From Obrimoposthia wandeli (taxonomy: Eukaryota): a stretch of DNA of 64,000 nt. The first letter of the stretch is position 1. Each line of letters starts with the position of its first letter. The notes beneath the pieces were generated by a model. It worked only from the letters and a program-made list of their open reading frames with translations, did not search any database and was not told where the DNA came from. Shown piece by piece: positions 1 through 9,737 of this stretch. The translations under genes and the position numbers were made by a program. Location of the stretch: assembly GCA_977020255.1 (NCBI GenBank), contig CDROCS010000506.1, positions 496,001 to 560,000 on the forward strand. The letters run 5' to 3'.

Positions 1-446
1 CCAATTTCGCCCGGCTGATTGGCATAATCTACTTTCGCTGCATTTTGCGTGTTATAGGCTTTATTTGGCATCTCACCACGGAATAAATCCATGGTGTTTA
101 ACGTGGTGATAAAGCGAATTAGACGGCGGTCATACTCTTCTTTTTTTATAATACCGAGTTCTAGTGCACTCGTCATACCCGCTAAATACGAAGCCGCATC
201 CCACCATGTTACTGATGGGTAATTATTTACCGCATTCACTAGCCCCGTAGATTCTTGATAATTATTCTCAAAATATTTCCATGCGATACGCGCCATGTCC
301 ATTTCTTTCTCGGTCAAATCACCTTGTCTTGCAGGTGGAATTGACCAATGATCTTTTCTATCAACGATGTCTTCTGAAAAACTATTATATTTACTGCCAC
401 AACCAGAGACCAGTAACCCTGCCAGGCAAACCATCGCTATCCGCAT
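1..446 (-). CDS. DUF3131-family lipoprotein, 3' end truncated by the window edge (absent from the ORF track)
   Basis: Read by hand from the reverse strand: AGGGAG RBS, ATG at 446, MRIAMVCLAGLLVSG-C (lipobox), then MARIAWKYFENNYQESTGLVNAVNNYPSVTWWDAASYLAG...EMPNKAYNT, collinear with the DUF3131 ORF at 471-1787. Confidence 0.85.
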   Translation of the reverse strand, partial: MRIAMVCLAGLLVSGCGSKYNSFSEDIVDRKDHWSIPPARQGDLTEKEMDMARIAWKYFENNYQESTGLVNAVNNYPSVTWWDAASYLAGMTSALELGIIKKEEYDRRLIRFITTLNTMDLFRGEMPNKAYNTQNAAKVDYANQPGEI

Positions 447-470
447 ATAAAACTCCCTGTGATATGCAAA

Positions 471-1787
471 CTATTTCGCACCAACACGTAATAATGTACC
501 ATTTTGAACATAAGCAAGAGACTCTAAGATAATGCCATTGGTATTTGCTGTAATTGCTTTGTTAAGACGGCCATCACTTTCATAACGACCTGAATACCAA
601 CCTTTTTGTGCTGAGTATAGGCTTTTAACATCACCCATTAACAGGCTTGTATACTCAGTATCGTACAAGGCGTACCAACCGAAGGATGCTTTAGTAGATA
701 ATGTCTTTAAATGTGACGCATCTTCACCTGTATCTGAAATTGCATTCCATTCTTTACCGTCAGAAAACACCGTGTTATAAACAAAATAAGGCGCAACATC
801 GACATTATCTTCACTCACAGCAGTTAAGATACCTAAGCGCTCGTAACGGTTTTCTTGCGCTTTATAAACACGATAGGCAAAGATTTCTGAAATACTGTCA
901 GCACCAAATTCTAAACTATCTAAAATATATGACTCACTCACCACGTAGTTATGTGCATGGTACTTAGCCGGATCACGTCTATCTGTTGGAATATCAACAC
1001 CATCAATATTAACCATTTCTAAATAATCAATATATTTCATCGCGTTAAATACATCGAGACCCATTAACGATAACGCTTTAGAGGCATATTCTTCATAGCC
1101 AATACGTCCTTCTTGCACCAGTTCTAAACCACCTGTTTTTGCTGGGCGAGAACCATATAAATAGCCTTTGTCGATCAAGCTGCCAACATGCCAGTGATTC
1201 AATACATCGTTCACTTGCTTGTTATAGTCAGGGTATTGCCAAATAAGAATGTTTAACGGCACCAAAATACGGCCAATATCAATCGCAGACCAACCAATAC
1301 CATCAGCCACAGGGTTATTTGCATAATCCACCATTTCAAGAGTTTTGGTGTTATAAGCTTTGTTTGGTAGCTTGCCTTCGATCAAGGGTAAGCGCGCTAA
1401 TGTGTGTAGCACTTTCTCCATTTTTAAATCAAATTCCGCTTGGCTAACGATATTTAATTTTTCAGCGCCAATAAGCCCCATTAAATAAGACGCAGTATCC
1501 CACATCGTTGTAGAAGGATAGCCATCAACAGAATTTACAAGTCCGGTATTCGGCTGCACATTATTATCAAAATAACGCCAAGCAGTCTTGGCCCACTCAT
1601 ACTCTTCTGCTGTTAAAATACGGCTTTCACGCAGTGGAATAGGCTCTTCCGTGGTAAAAGATAGATTACCTAGTACTTGCGTGTACTCACGTGTTTCAAT
1701 TGTAAAAGCAATGACTAACGCAGTCACTAGACCACCAATAAATACAAAATGGTGACGCGCTTTAATTAAGTTTTGTTTAAACGCCAT
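471..1787 (-). CDS. DUF3131-family protein (putative (alpha/alpha)6 glucanase/transglycosylase), N-terminal membrane anchor
   Basis: AKTAWRYFDNN, TGLVNSVDGYPSTTMWD, LPNKAYNT, GWSAIDIGR, EGRIGYEEY, VSED motifs; start reassigned to MAFKQ (ATG 1787), which overlaps the GT2 stop. Confidence 0.8.
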   Translation of the reverse strand: MAFKQNLIKARHHFVFIGGLVTALVIAFTIETREYTQVLGNLSFTTEEPIPLRESRILTAEEYEWAKTAWRYFDNNVQPNTGLVNSVDGYPSTTMWDTASYLMGLIGAEKLNIVSQAEFDLKMEKVLHTLARLPLIEGKLPNKAYNTKTLEMVDYANNPVADGIGWSAIDIGRILVPLNILIWQYPDYNKQVNDVLNHWHVGSLIDKGYLYGSRPAKTGGLELVQEGRIGYEEYASKALSLMGLDVFNAMKYIDYLEMVNIDGVDIPTDRRDPAKYHAHNYVVSESYILDSLEFGADSISEIFAYRVYKAQENRYERLGILTAVSEDNVDVAPYFVYNTVFSDGKEWNAISDTGEDASHLKTLSTKASFGWYALYDTEYTSLLMGDVKSLYSAQKGWYSGRYESDGRLNKAITANTNGIILESLAYVQNGTLLRVGAK

Positions 1788-3627
1788 ATTCAAATCCCTC
1801 TGATTCTTGTTCTTGTTTTTTTTCTGTTGGTGGAGTCCAAAATGCGGCAGCAATCATGCCCCACATCGCCATCATATTATTCACAATCCAAAAACTATTC
1901 AGTACTAACCCGCCAAACGAGTAATCACCAAAACTGCCCGTTACATAGCTAAACCAGGCAAAACACATACTGAATAAACTTAATACGAACACCCCTATTT
2001 GCGGCGCGACTAACTTCCAAAAAGTACCCGTTTGACGTTCTTTAGGGGTCGTTGGGAAGCTAATTTTACGGCCTCGAAGTACCGTCCATAACGCCCGCAG
2101 ATTAACTGGGAAGAAAGATAAGAAATTGGTTTTACCTTTATAACCAGCTACCCCCCAAGTACCTAACATCATGGCTAGTTCAGCGGTAATAACAAATGGC
2201 AAGAAGTGCATATAGAATGTCGTATCATAAGCACTTACTGGCGCAAGGCTGGTAAGGAAATAAACGATAGGACAAAGTAAGAAAATAATGTTCCATACAG
2301 CCGACAAATTTGACCAGAAACTGGCTAAATACATCGCCTTCTGCTTTAACGACATGCCTTTTTTCAATAACGGATTATCATTCATAAAGATATCAATCGA
2401 ACCACCAGCATATTTGAAACGCTGTACAGTCCAAGTTTGTAAATCCTGTGGCGACAGCATTTTACTTTCCACTTCAGGATGCTGTACTGAACGCCAATTA
2501 CGTTCGGTATCGGAATGCAAAACAATCGAGGTATAGATATCTTCTGATACATGAAATTTATACGGGGTAAAATCGGTATCAAACAAGATCTCTTGGCGTA
2601 AGTTAGCCGAAATATCTTTATCGACTTCTTTCTCTTTGGTTAACTTACGGATCTGCTTTTCAATATCTTCTTGTGACTGACTGATCTGCGCGCTGTAGCT
2701 TCGTAGTGCAGCTTCCATCACGGCTTCACGACGGTGGATAGAACCCGCACCACAACAGAAAGAAGCATTCACCCAGTTACGACGGCGCTGGATCACGTCA
2801 TAAAACATTTGTGGGTCGTTAACAAACGGGTCTTCGCCTAATGTGACAGGTCCATAGCACTTTTCAACTAAACGACCTAACCCATGTCCTACGCGACCCA
2901 TTTTACCTTGTAACCAATCAGGTAAGCGTTGGCCTTCAGGCAAGTCAAAGAACCATTGTGGTGTTTGTACCCATGCCACATCAGGGTCACGAAAGTAACC
3001 GAGAGTGTGTTCTAGTATTGTCGAGAATGGTCGAGTATCAGCGTCACAAATAACGATAAAATCACCATAGCTTTGCTCTAATGCATTTTTAAGGTTACCG
3101 GCTTTAAAACCTTCGTTGTTATCACGGGTAATATATTCAACATTATATTCCGCTGCTAACGCAGCCATCGCTGGACGACGACCGTCATCGAGAATGTATA
3201 TTTTAGTTTCAATTTCAAATGGGTAAGTAATATTTAACGCATCGCGAATACTCAAGCGCACCAATTCTGGGTCTTCATCATAAGTAGGGAAGAAAACATC
3301 AACACTGATTGGTCTATCTTCTTCTGTATCCGTGACACATTCAGCGAGTTTAAATGGCGGAGACTGTTTCGGCTCGTCTTGAGTTTTCCACAAGTTAAAG
3401 GTAAACAATACCGAACCAATAAAAGCACAAGATTCAGCGAATGCTAATGGCAGCGAAAACCACAACGCATCATAATTTAACGCAAAGCTCCAACGCCACC
3501 ACAGATACCACACACCTAGGGTCAGGTTACATGTCGCTAAATATTGATAAGCGAGCTCACGGCTAAAACTATATTCGGATGGTTTTGGCGGCTTACGATG
3601 CTCAAACTCTTTGAAATAAAAATCCAT
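1777..3627 (-). CDS. Processive GT2 glycosyltransferase, cellulose-synthase-like, without PilZ
   Basis: LDDGR, ICDAD (DxD), TPQ, FCCGAG, SED and QRFKY motifs; 2 N-terminal and about 4-5 C-terminal hydrophobic helices; start at MDFYF follows GGAG. Confidence 0.88.
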   Translation of the reverse strand: MDFYFKEFEHRKPPKPSEYSFSRELAYQYLATCNLTLGVWYLWWRWSFALNYDALWFSLPLAFAESCAFIGSVLFTFNLWKTQDEPKQSPPFKLAECVTDTEEDRPISVDVFFPTYDEDPELVRLSIRDALNITYPFEIETKIYILDDGRRPAMAALAAEYNVEYITRDNNEGFKAGNLKNALEQSYGDFIVICDADTRPFSTILEHTLGYFRDPDVAWVQTPQWFFDLPEGQRLPDWLQGKMGRVGHGLGRLVEKCYGPVTLGEDPFVNDPQMFYDVIQRRRNWVNASFCCGAGSIHRREAVMEAALRSYSAQISQSQEDIEKQIRKLTKEKEVDKDISANLRQEILFDTDFTPYKFHVSEDIYTSIVLHSDTERNWRSVQHPEVESKMLSPQDLQTWTVQRFKYAGGSIDIFMNDNPLLKKGMSLKQKAMYLASFWSNLSAVWNIIFLLCPIVYFLTSLAPVSAYDTTFYMHFLPFVITAELAMMLGTWGVAGYKGKTNFLSFFPVNLRALWTVLRGRKISFPTTPKERQTGTFWKLVAPQIGVFVLSLFSMCFAWFSYVTGSFGDYSFGGLVLNSFWIVNNMMAMWGMIAAAFWTPPTEKKQEQESEGFEYGV

Positions 3628-3648
3628 CTTCTTTCGCTCCAAGTAACT

Positions 3649-5352
3649 TTAATTAAAATAGCTATTATGTACAGCTAATAAACCAATTAGACTGGCGTTA
3701 TAATCAATTGCAAATTCATTCACGGCATATGATTTTTCACTGTCCACATAACTCATCATCCCTTCATTTTTCGGGGCTACCCCAGCTTGGGCTTTTTCGT
3801 TAGGCCCACCAACTAAGAAACCAGGTAAGCTAATACCCGTCGATATCCGGTATAAGTGATGCAGATTACGCACCGCATAAGTGCCAGTGTGAGTAACAAA
3901 ACTCATGTTAAATGCGTTAGCACCTAATAAATAATCAATCTGTGACTGCACTACACCACGGTAATTACGCGTCTGTGACGAGGCATCCACACCTGCCATT
4001 AACACGCCAGCCTCAGCGGTCATTTTATTTGACCCCCAAATAAAACGTTGGTTAGCAATGGCAAAAGGCGCTATTGAGGCTTGCTCTGAATAACGTTTGG
4101 CAACCTGCTCAACATCTTTACGTAATTGCGCGGTCAGTTCGCTATCAACAGATTCGATAAGATGAGAGATACCCATTAACGCCGGGTTTTTCCATTCAAA
4201 AATAGCCACAAACTCTTTATCGTATAAATCATCAAATCCAGTTAAGTACTTGCCTTGCTTCGTACTTAAATATAACTCTGCCAGTGCCCATAAACGGTCA
4301 TCTACATCCGTTTCTAATGATGCTTCACTGTCTTCTGGATTTTGCACATAAGGACCTGAACCACTATCGTCACCTTTTTGCCAATCTATATATTGTTCTG
4401 GCTGTTGCTCTAAATAGCGCCAAGCATGAATCGCAGACTTTAAATAATCACGCGCTAAATTTGGGCGCAAAGGTTTCAATACACGAGAGGCGAATGCCAT
4501 CGTTGCTGCAAATTTGGCCGTTTCAGGCGTACTCACACCGTAGATATAGCGAACCTGCTGATCTTGCCAAGGGACTATTTTATCCGGCCATTTAGCCCCT
4601 GATACTTTGCGATAAACAGCGCCATCTTCGCGCTGCATTTTACCTAACCAGTCCAAGCCATATATCGCTTCTTCCAATATGGCTGGTAATGTACTGTCGG
4701 CATGATTGCCAGTCATAAATAACGCTGGCGATTGACTATAAGCTTCCAGTAAACGCGCAACCGTGATCGTGGTCGTCGCAACATATTTACCGTAATCACC
4801 CGCGTCATACCAACCACCCGTCATATCTAATTGCTCTCCCGCTTGATGGTAATCATCACTGCGGAAAATAATTGCATCTTGAACATGGCTTTGTGGTCGA
4901 TTCATACCTGTTGTTTGATCGAAGATTGCGCTGCCTGAACGTTGTAAATACAATGCTTTAACAAGGCGAGCTGCCAGTCCCTGATAAACATTATCGGCAA
5001 TCTGAAACGGTGCAGAGGTCGTCGACTTACTTTGTAGTTGATACCAACCAGGCTGGGTAACATTAGAGAAATTAATTGCTTTAGAGCCAGATTCAATCGT
5101 CACACTGAAAACACCCACCTCATTTTCTTTTGTCTCATTACCTACAAGTGGTTCTGCACCTGCCGTATCCATGGCGACTAAATTGACTAATTCTTCAGAA
5201 GGGTTTAACCAATAGGCTTTTTTATCGCCACTAGGTAGATAACCAAGTTGATTAACAACGAGTTGATTACTGTCTTGCTCGCTCATAGCGGTACTAGAAA
5301 AAGCTAAACTTAATAATGTAACAACGACAATCCTTGCCATAGCTCTTGCCAT
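3649..5352 (-). CDS. GH9 endoglucanase with signal peptide and N-terminal Ig-like domain
   Basis: NQLGY Ig motif, GGWYDAGDYGK, LHH and NEFAIDYNA catalytic motifs. Confidence 0.9.
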   Translation of the reverse strand: MARAMARIVVVTLLSLAFSSTAMSEQDSNQLVVNQLGYLPSGDKKAYWLNPSEELVNLVAMDTAGAEPLVGNETKENEVGVFSVTIESGSKAINFSNVTQPGWYQLQSKSTTSAPFQIADNVYQGLAARLVKALYLQRSGSAIFDQTTGMNRPQSHVQDAIIFRSDDYHQAGEQLDMTGGWYDAGDYGKYVATTTITVARLLEAYSQSPALFMTGNHADSTLPAILEEAIYGLDWLGKMQREDGAVYRKVSGAKWPDKIVPWQDQQVRYIYGVSTPETAKFAATMAFASRVLKPLRPNLARDYLKSAIHAWRYLEQQPEQYIDWQKGDDSGSGPYVQNPEDSEASLETDVDDRLWALAELYLSTKQGKYLTGFDDLYDKEFVAIFEWKNPALMGISHLIESVDSELTAQLRKDVEQVAKRYSEQASIAPFAIANQRFIWGSNKMTAEAGVLMAGVDASSQTRNYRGVVQSQIDYLLGANAFNMSFVTHTGTYAVRNLHHLYRISTGISLPGFLVGGPNEKAQAGVAPKNEGMMSYVDSEKSYAVNEFAIDYNASLIGLLAVHNSYFN

Positions 5353-5361
5353 AGTTATCTC

Positions 5362-7680
5362 CTAACGGTCTTGGGGTAAATAGTCATTTCTACTTACTTC
5401 ATTATCTTGCTGGTCATATAAAATTATCGTCACTGCATCAGATAAACCTGCTAATGACTGTTTATTTAAAATAATACTTGCGGTGTTTGCGTCGATATTG
5501 ATGCTCTGCATACTCCAAGTATCACCATCTTCATTATCTCTAATCAGCATTTTCATATCTTGATAAGCACGTAAACTATCATTGATAACAGTGATAGTTA
5601 TCGACTGACTCGCGCTGCTATTTTCACGTTCTAACACTGCCAATAGCGGCTGGTAAGCACTTTGCATAGCAACAAAACCAGGTTTTGCAATACGATCTAC
5701 ATCAAGTACCGACCAAGTGATTGCATTCCAACTATCGTTAAACATAAATTGATAAATTGCAGCCAATCCTGACCCTTTATTTAATCTTAGTTGCTCGATT
5801 GCCGACTTGGTTATTAATCGTTGATATTCCTGACTATTACTCACGAATTGTGACAGAGATTCACCTTCGTCAATTTTGGCTATTTGTAGGGTTTCACGAG
5901 GTTGGTAATTGTGGTAGCTGAGTTGCTTAATAAGCTTAGCTGAAAGCGGCCATGCAGGCACTTCGTCCAACATGTCAATAACAGCGTTATAACTTGGCAT
6001 TGCTTGCGCACCAAATTCACTGACAATCGCCGTTTTCGGTTTCTGGCTATAATCACTATAATGCCCAGAGTACCAGCCAAGCCAAGGATGTTCAGCAGTA
6101 TAAGATGCCTTACGCACGATCCTGTCATCATTTACAGTAAGCAACTGCTGGTAGACAGCCTCTGTTAACGCGACATTTTTATCTGTTTTATAACTCGGGT
6201 ATTTGTATTGCATCCAAGTTGCATCCCAAGGCGGTTCATTTTGACCGCACCAAAATGCAATAGAGGCATGGTTATATAACATGTCAGTCATATCTTTAAC
6301 TTGTGATACCGCTTCAGCTCTAAATTCAGCGCTATCGCTATAGCCCCATTGCAGTGGGAAATCTTGCCACACGATCATGCCAAGTTTATCCGCTTGCTGA
6401 TAAAATGCTTTTCCAGCTACATGCGCATGTACGCGAATACTGTTGATGTTAGCCTTGCGCATTAGCTTTATATCATTGGCATAATCGAGTTCACTTACCC
6501 CGCCCAACCATTGACTAGCAATATAGTTCGTACCACGAATAAAATAAGCACGGTCATTAATATAGAAAACCCCTTGGCCTTCATCAAAAGCTACTTTTCT
6601 AAAACCGATATTTTGCTTACTTATATCGGATGTTTCATTATTCATGCTTACTTGTACTGATAGCTGGTATAAATTCGGATTGCCCCAGTCCCACGGCCAC
6701 CACAACGCCCGCTTAACTTGTGGTAACTGCCAATCAATAACCTGTTTGCCAGTCACTACTTGTGTGTTCAATTTATAAGTTTCTAGCTCATCACCAAACA
6801 CCTGTGTTTTATCATCAAGATCAAGGTCACCACTGCTATTACTCTGAATTCGAATTAACTTAAACTCTAATGTCACATCACCCGCATACAGGCTATCTAA
6901 CGTAATCGCGACCTGCCCCGCTGTTTTCTGGAGAGCCACATCGAGCACTTCCGCCTTTACCTTAATATTATCAATCGCGATTAAGCCAGTTGTACGTAAT
7001 GCGACATCGCCCCAAATACCACCAGAATTACGATCTTGACCGCGGTCAGACCATGCGCCTCCAGGGCGAGTGTCATGGTGATTAAGAACGCCTTTAATTA
7101 AGGTTTTATTTAAAGACCAATCTTGGGTTAGTGTTTCATTCGGGCTATCCACTAATACTTCTAGTTGATTATCTCCGCCATTAATCGCATTCGATACGTC
7201 TAACGAAAATGGCGCAAAGTAACCTTGATGAGAACCGACATCGATATTGTTTAAACGCACTGTCGCCGCGTAATCGACCGCGGTAAAATCCAGCCAATAA
7301 CGTTTAACTAGATCTGATGTTAAAGATGACGAGAGAGCGACATTTGGCAGTGAAAATTGGCGATGATAAATAGCTTTACCTGCATGATTTACGCCTTCAT
7401 TATACCAATTGTTTGGTACTGAAATGGCAGTGACCACGCCAGAAGCTACGGATTGATTATTGTCGACTTGCGTTTGAGAGTTCTTGAGTTGCGTATTATC
7501 GAGTTGTGTATTGTTGAATTGAGAACTTTTGAGTTGAGTAAACGTCGGGGGGATTATGTCGAACTGCCAATCACCGTTAAGTGATTGGCTATTCGGGTTG
7601 ACATCATGACTGTATTTAGATGTACTGCAAGAAGTAACTAACAAGATGTTCAACAAAATAAATACAGTTTTTATGTTCAC
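5362..7680 (-). CDS. GH2 glycoside hydrolase (beta-mannosidase/glucuronidase-like) lipoprotein
   Basis: GTG start at 7680 after GAGGA gives MNIKTVFILLNILLVTS-C (lipobox); IRGTNY, RVHAH, WCGQNE (acid/base) and VSEFG (nucleophile) motifs. Confidence 0.85.
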   Translation of the reverse strand: MNIKTVFILLNILLVTSCSTSKYSHDVNPNSQSLNGDWQFDIIPPTFTQLKSSQFNNTQLDNTQLKNSQTQVDNNQSVASGVVTAISVPNNWYNEGVNHAGKAIYHRQFSLPNVALSSSLTSDLVKRYWLDFTAVDYAATVRLNNIDVGSHQGYFAPFSLDVSNAINGGDNQLEVLVDSPNETLTQDWSLNKTLIKGVLNHHDTRPGGAWSDRGQDRNSGGIWGDVALRTTGLIAIDNIKVKAEVLDVALQKTAGQVAITLDSLYAGDVTLEFKLIRIQSNSSGDLDLDDKTQVFGDELETYKLNTQVVTGKQVIDWQLPQVKRALWWPWDWGNPNLYQLSVQVSMNNETSDISKQNIGFRKVAFDEGQGVFYINDRAYFIRGTNYIASQWLGGVSELDYANDIKLMRKANINSIRVHAHVAGKAFYQQADKLGMIVWQDFPLQWGYSDSAEFRAEAVSQVKDMTDMLYNHASIAFWCGQNEPPWDATWMQYKYPSYKTDKNVALTEAVYQQLLTVNDDRIVRKASYTAEHPWLGWYSGHYSDYSQKPKTAIVSEFGAQAMPSYNAVIDMLDEVPAWPLSAKLIKQLSYHNYQPRETLQIAKIDEGESLSQFVSNSQEYQRLITKSAIEQLRLNKGSGLAAIYQFMFNDSWNAITWSVLDVDRIAKPGFVAMQSAYQPLLAVLERENSSASQSITITVINDSLRAYQDMKMLIRDNEDGDTWSMQSINIDANTASIILNKQSLAGLSDAVTIILYDQQDNEVSRNDYLPQDR

Positions 7681-7690
7681 AATGTTCCTC

Positions 7691-8146
7691 TTACTGCGTC
7701 CACAATTTCTTGTGAAATTCAAAAGTGTTTTTATTATCTTCACAGGTATAGATAAGACTATCCGTTAGCTGAACAATAATGATGAAACCGCGTCCAGACG
7801 TAGTCCAAGTAGCCTCATCATCCGGATCTGGCACCACAAATTCAGCATTCACTGCCGCTTTAAAGGCACTGCGATCCATTGCTTGACCAAAATCAGAAAT
7901 CTCAATCACTAATTCAGCATCATCTTTTAAGTAACAGATCACTTCAATTGGGCAGCCATCAGTTAGCTCATATGCATGTTCGTAAGCATTATTAACTAAC
8001 TCTGCAATACATAATTCAACCTGCCCCATGATATTTTCTTCGATGTCATTTTCGAGAGCAAAAGCATTTATATCTTCCGCTATCACTCGCGCGACATCAT
8101 CCGAGCTTTGATAATTTTGCTTAAAAAGCTGCTGAGTGTTCGCCAT
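7691..8146 (-). CDS. RsbW/SpoIIAB-like Ser/Thr kinase (HATPase, anti-sigma type)
   Basis: ELVNNAYEH N-box, ISDFG, SGRGF; AAGGAG upstream of MANTQQ. Confidence 0.88.
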   Translation of the reverse strand: MANTQQLFKQNYQSSDDVARVIAEDINAFALENDIEENIMGQVELCIAELVNNAYEHAYELTDGCPIEVICYLKDDAELVIEISDFGQAMDRSAFKAAVNAEFVVPDPDDEATWTTSGRGFIIIVQLTDSLIYTCEDNKNTFEFHKKLWTQ

Positions 8147-9392
8147 CAGTAAGCTCCTTATGCTCATTATTTTTTATTTCATCCTTACTCTGACTAGCAG
8201 TCGCTTTTTTTGTTTGTTCTTCTTGCTTAATTTGTTCGCGGATCTGAGGAAGATACAAGGCCACTTCACTACGAATTGGGATCGGGTGTTGCGTTACACG
8301 TCGATCTTTAACGATATTAATAGCCCCCATTTCGAGTAACGATTGCGAGAATCCATCATGGCTAATAAAGTAATCACCAAACACGGTTTTATTCTCTATG
8401 TACGCGGCACTCGCGATATGAATGTAATCACGTAATAAACTATGTTTAACGACGGCTTCTGTCTCGATGGTACAATTCGCCCCTATCACTGCAGGACCAA
8501 CGATGGTGCAGCCAGGTCTAATGTCACAACCACTACCAATAATAATGGGCGGTGTAACATCACATGCATCGATATCAAACACAGTATTAATCCCTAACCA
8601 CACACCAGGTCTAACCTGCGTACCAGGGATTGGATAACCAGACACTTCGCCATTAAGAATATCTTTTGTCACCTGCCAAATATCGCTGATATTACCAACA
8701 TCAAGCCACTGAAAATCCATATCTACAGCACTAAACTTCACTTTATTTGCAACTAATGAAGGGAACAATTGGCTACCGATATCAAACTCTTCATCGTTAG
8801 GAATATAATCAAAAATCGCCGGTTCAAAAATATAAATACCGGTATTAATGCGATTAGAAAGTGCATCTTCTACCGCAGGTTTTTCTTGGAAACACGTAAC
8901 CATGTCAAAATCGTCAGTAACAACCACACCGTATTTATCGACTTCTTCAGGTTCGACCTGACGAGTGATAATCGTCGCAATAACACCTTTTTCTTTATGT
9001 CTGCGCACTGCTTCCGTTAAGTCCAAGTCAATCCAGGCATCACCACAAACAACCACAAACGTCTCATCAAAAAAACCTGAGAATTGCTGGATTTTATTCA
9101 TGCCACCCGCAGAACCCATGGCTTTAGTTTCAAACTTGCCGTCGCGTACTTCACCTTCGTACGAGTAAGTTAACTGCACATTAAAATGATGACCATCGCC
9201 GAAATAATTTTCGATAATTTCAGCTAAATGGCTGGTATTAACGGCGATCTTATCGATGCCATGAGCGGCAAATAATTGGATCATAGACTCCATAACCGGC
9301 TTACCTAAAATAGGAATCATCGGTTTTGGGATCATCTGTGTAATTGGCCTAACGCGGGTACCTTTACCTGCGGCAAGTATCATTCCTTTCAT
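8121..9392 (-). CDS. cugP: Sugar-phosphate nucleotidyltransferase with left-handed beta-helix, CugP-like (cyanobacterial-type UDP-glucose pyrophosphorylase)
   Basis: MILAAGKGTRVRPIT..IPKPMIPIL.KPVME, GSAGG..KIQ.F..FFD.TFVV.CGDA.IDLDL, FQEKP, INTGIYIFEP, IPG..VRPGV..GIN match my recollection of Synechocystis CugP (Sll1558); needs an alignment to confirm. Confidence 0.7.
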   Translation of the reverse strand: MKGMILAAGKGTRVRPITQMIPKPMIPILGKPVMESMIQLFAAHGIDKIAVNTSHLAEIIENYFGDGHHFNVQLTYSYEGEVRDGKFETKAMGSAGGMNKIQQFSGFFDETFVVVCGDAWIDLDLTEAVRRHKEKGVIATIITRQVEPEEVDKYGVVVTDDFDMVTCFQEKPAVEDALSNRINTGIYIFEPAIFDYIPNDEEFDIGSQLFPSLVANKVKFSAVDMDFQWLDVGNISDIWQVTKDILNGEVSGYPIPGTQVRPGVWLGINTVFDIDACDVTPPIIIGSGCDIRPGCTIVGPAVIGANCTIETEAVVKHSLLRDYIHIASAAYIENKTVFGDYFISHDGFSQSLLEMGAINIVKDRRVTQHPIPIRSEVALYLPQIREQIKQEEQTKKATASQSKDEIKNNEHKELTDGEHSAAF

Positions 9393-9404
9393 TTCAAACC
9401 TCCA

Positions 9405-9737
9405 TTAAGCATCAACTGCAATAGCATGATCAACGCTGTCGTAACACGTGATTAATTGATCCATACGAGTTAGTTTTAACAGCTCTTTCACTGCACGTTG
9501 TGGATTAACCACGCTCAGTTTTTTGCCACGTAACATTTTATAACCGGCCATCACGGCGCCTAATCCACTGCTATCCATAAACCTTACCTGTGTTAAATCA
9601 ATAACCAGATGTGCATCAACACTCTGAGACAACTCTGTTAATTGCGTTCTAAAATCTGGTGCTAAGCGAGCGTCAAAACGTTCCTCATTTATTTGAAGAA
9701 CTGTGCATTGACCTTGGTTGATAATTTCGTGTTGCAT
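9405..9737 (-). CDS. STAS-domain anti-sigma-factor antagonist (RsbV/SpoIIAA-like)
   Basis: LVIDLTQVRFMDSSGLG containing the conserved phosphoacceptor Ser; about 110 aa. Confidence 0.92.
   Translation of the reverse strand: MQHEIINQGQCTVLQINEERFDARLAPDFRTQLTELSQSVDAHLVIDLTQVRFMDSSGLGAVMAGYKMLRGKKLSVVNPQRAVKELLKLTRMDQLITCYDSVDHAIAVDA

Noticed and set aside
1777-5352. Calling this a canonical bcs cellulose operon
   Set aside because: No PilZ, BcsB, BcsC or GH8 BcsZ in the window, and the QxxRW motif is altered
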